From Macrostomum hystrix (taxonomy: Eukaryota > Animalia > Platyhelminthes): a stretch of DNA of 64,000 nucleotides. The position numbers were made by a program, and so were the translations under genes. Position 1 is the stretch's first letter; every line of letters starts with the position of its first letter. The notes beneath the pieces are model-generated. The model was not told the DNA's origin. It did not search any database and was given only the letters and a program-made list of their open reading frames with translations. Shown here in pieces: positions 62,949 through 64,000 of this stretch. The stretch covers positions 3,472,001 to 3,536,000 of the forward strand of contig CATNEN010000003.1 in the NCBI GenBank assembly GCA_950097015.1, written 5' to 3'.

Positions 62949-63042
62949 ATGAAATTTGAAGAGATCATTGGATTGTTAGGAGATTTCGGTCTCTACCAGA
63001 GACTATTATACATTATACCTTGTTACGCCTCCATCTGTGCAG
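62949..63042 (+). CDS. Exon 1 of a second, tandem SLC22 paralog (rest presumably beyond the window)
   Basis: MKFEEIIGLLGDFGLYQRLLYIIPCYASICA g|gtatg: same 94-nt length and phase as exon 49052-49145 (MSLDDIIEKLGSFGRFQKLQYLLACYASVCC). Confidence 0.85.
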
Positions 63043-63299
63043 GTATGTTTTTTTGTTCTTTTGGCTACAAATTTATTTACAAAAATAAAAAACTTAATTT
63101 TTAACACCATAGTTAAAAATCATAAAGACCATAGTCATTTAAGGAAGCTTAAGTATATAAAAGCACGATGCTAGTGCGTGATTAGTTGTAGGCCAACTGC
63201 CGAATTCGAAAGCTTAAATCAGGGGTAGGCAAACTTATTTGCTGGCGGGCCAAAGAGAGAACCTAAAAGACGACAGCGGGCCGCATTGACTGTATAAAT

Positions 63300-64000
63300 A
63301 TGAGATAGGGGAGAGATGAGACACGGGAGAGATGAGACACAGGAGAGATTAGACACGGGAGAGATAAGACACGGGAGAGATGAGACACGGGAGAGATAAG
63401 ACAGGGGAGAGATTAGACACGGGAGAGATGAGACACGGGAGAGATTAGACACGGGAGAGATAAGACAGGGGAGAGATTGGACACGGGAGAGATAAGACAG
63501 GGGAGAGATTAGACACGGGAGAGATGAGACACAGGAGAGATTAGACACGGGAGAGATTGGACACGGGAGAGATAAGACAGGGGAGAGATTGGACACGGGA
63601 GAGAAAAGACAGGGGAGAAATTAGACACAGGAGAGATTAGACACGGGAGAGATAAGACACGAGAGCGATGAGACATGGGAGAGATTAGACACGAGAGCGA
63701 TGAGACACAGGAGAGATTAGACACGAGAGCGATGAGACACAGGAGAGATTAGACACGAGAGCGATGAGACACAGGAGAGATTAGACACGGGAGAGATGAG
63801 ACACGGGAGAGATTAGACACGGGAGAGATTAGACACGGGAGAGATTAGACACGGGAGAGATAAGACAGGGGAGAGATTGGACACGGGAGAGATAAGACAG
63901 GGGAGAGATTAGACACGGGAGAGATGAGACACAGGAGAGATTAGACACGGGAGAGATTGGACACGGGAGAGATAAGACAGGGGAGAGATTGGACACGGGA
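63300..64000. repeat. 16-bp GA-rich satellite (gggagagatgagacac)
   Basis: Same family as 17520-18030; runs off the window end. Confidence 0.95.

Overview
This is eukaryotic (metazoan) genomic DNA: GT-AG introns, AT-rich intergenic DNA and dense minisatellites. The poly-Q/poly-A proteins and intronic satellites resemble a Macrostomum-type flatworm, but that assignment is inference only. Genes reconstructed by hand: a partial mucin-like Ser/Thr/Pro repeat protein (-), a GATAD2/p66 NuRD subunit (-), an 11-exon adenylate cyclase type 9 (+), SNU13/15.5K (+), the CNOT4 E3 ligase (+), a 4-repeat annexin (+), a 9-exon SLC22 transporter (+) and exon 1 of a tandem SLC22 paralog (+). Most other ORF-track entries are translations of satellites or antisense frames. 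Mobile DNA includes a tRNA-derived CORE-type SINE family (about 8 copies), hAT MITEs and an internally deleted hAT. There is also a THAP remnant and a three-layer nest: a decayed hAT with a solo LTR inside its left TIR and a 222-bp LINE tail inside its transposase. The most striking unannotated signal is a type I hammerhead ribozyme motif with an intact core at 39776-39830. It has a Schistosoma-like loop II and stem I bulge and a palindromic minimal stem III, and it sits between CT microsatellites.
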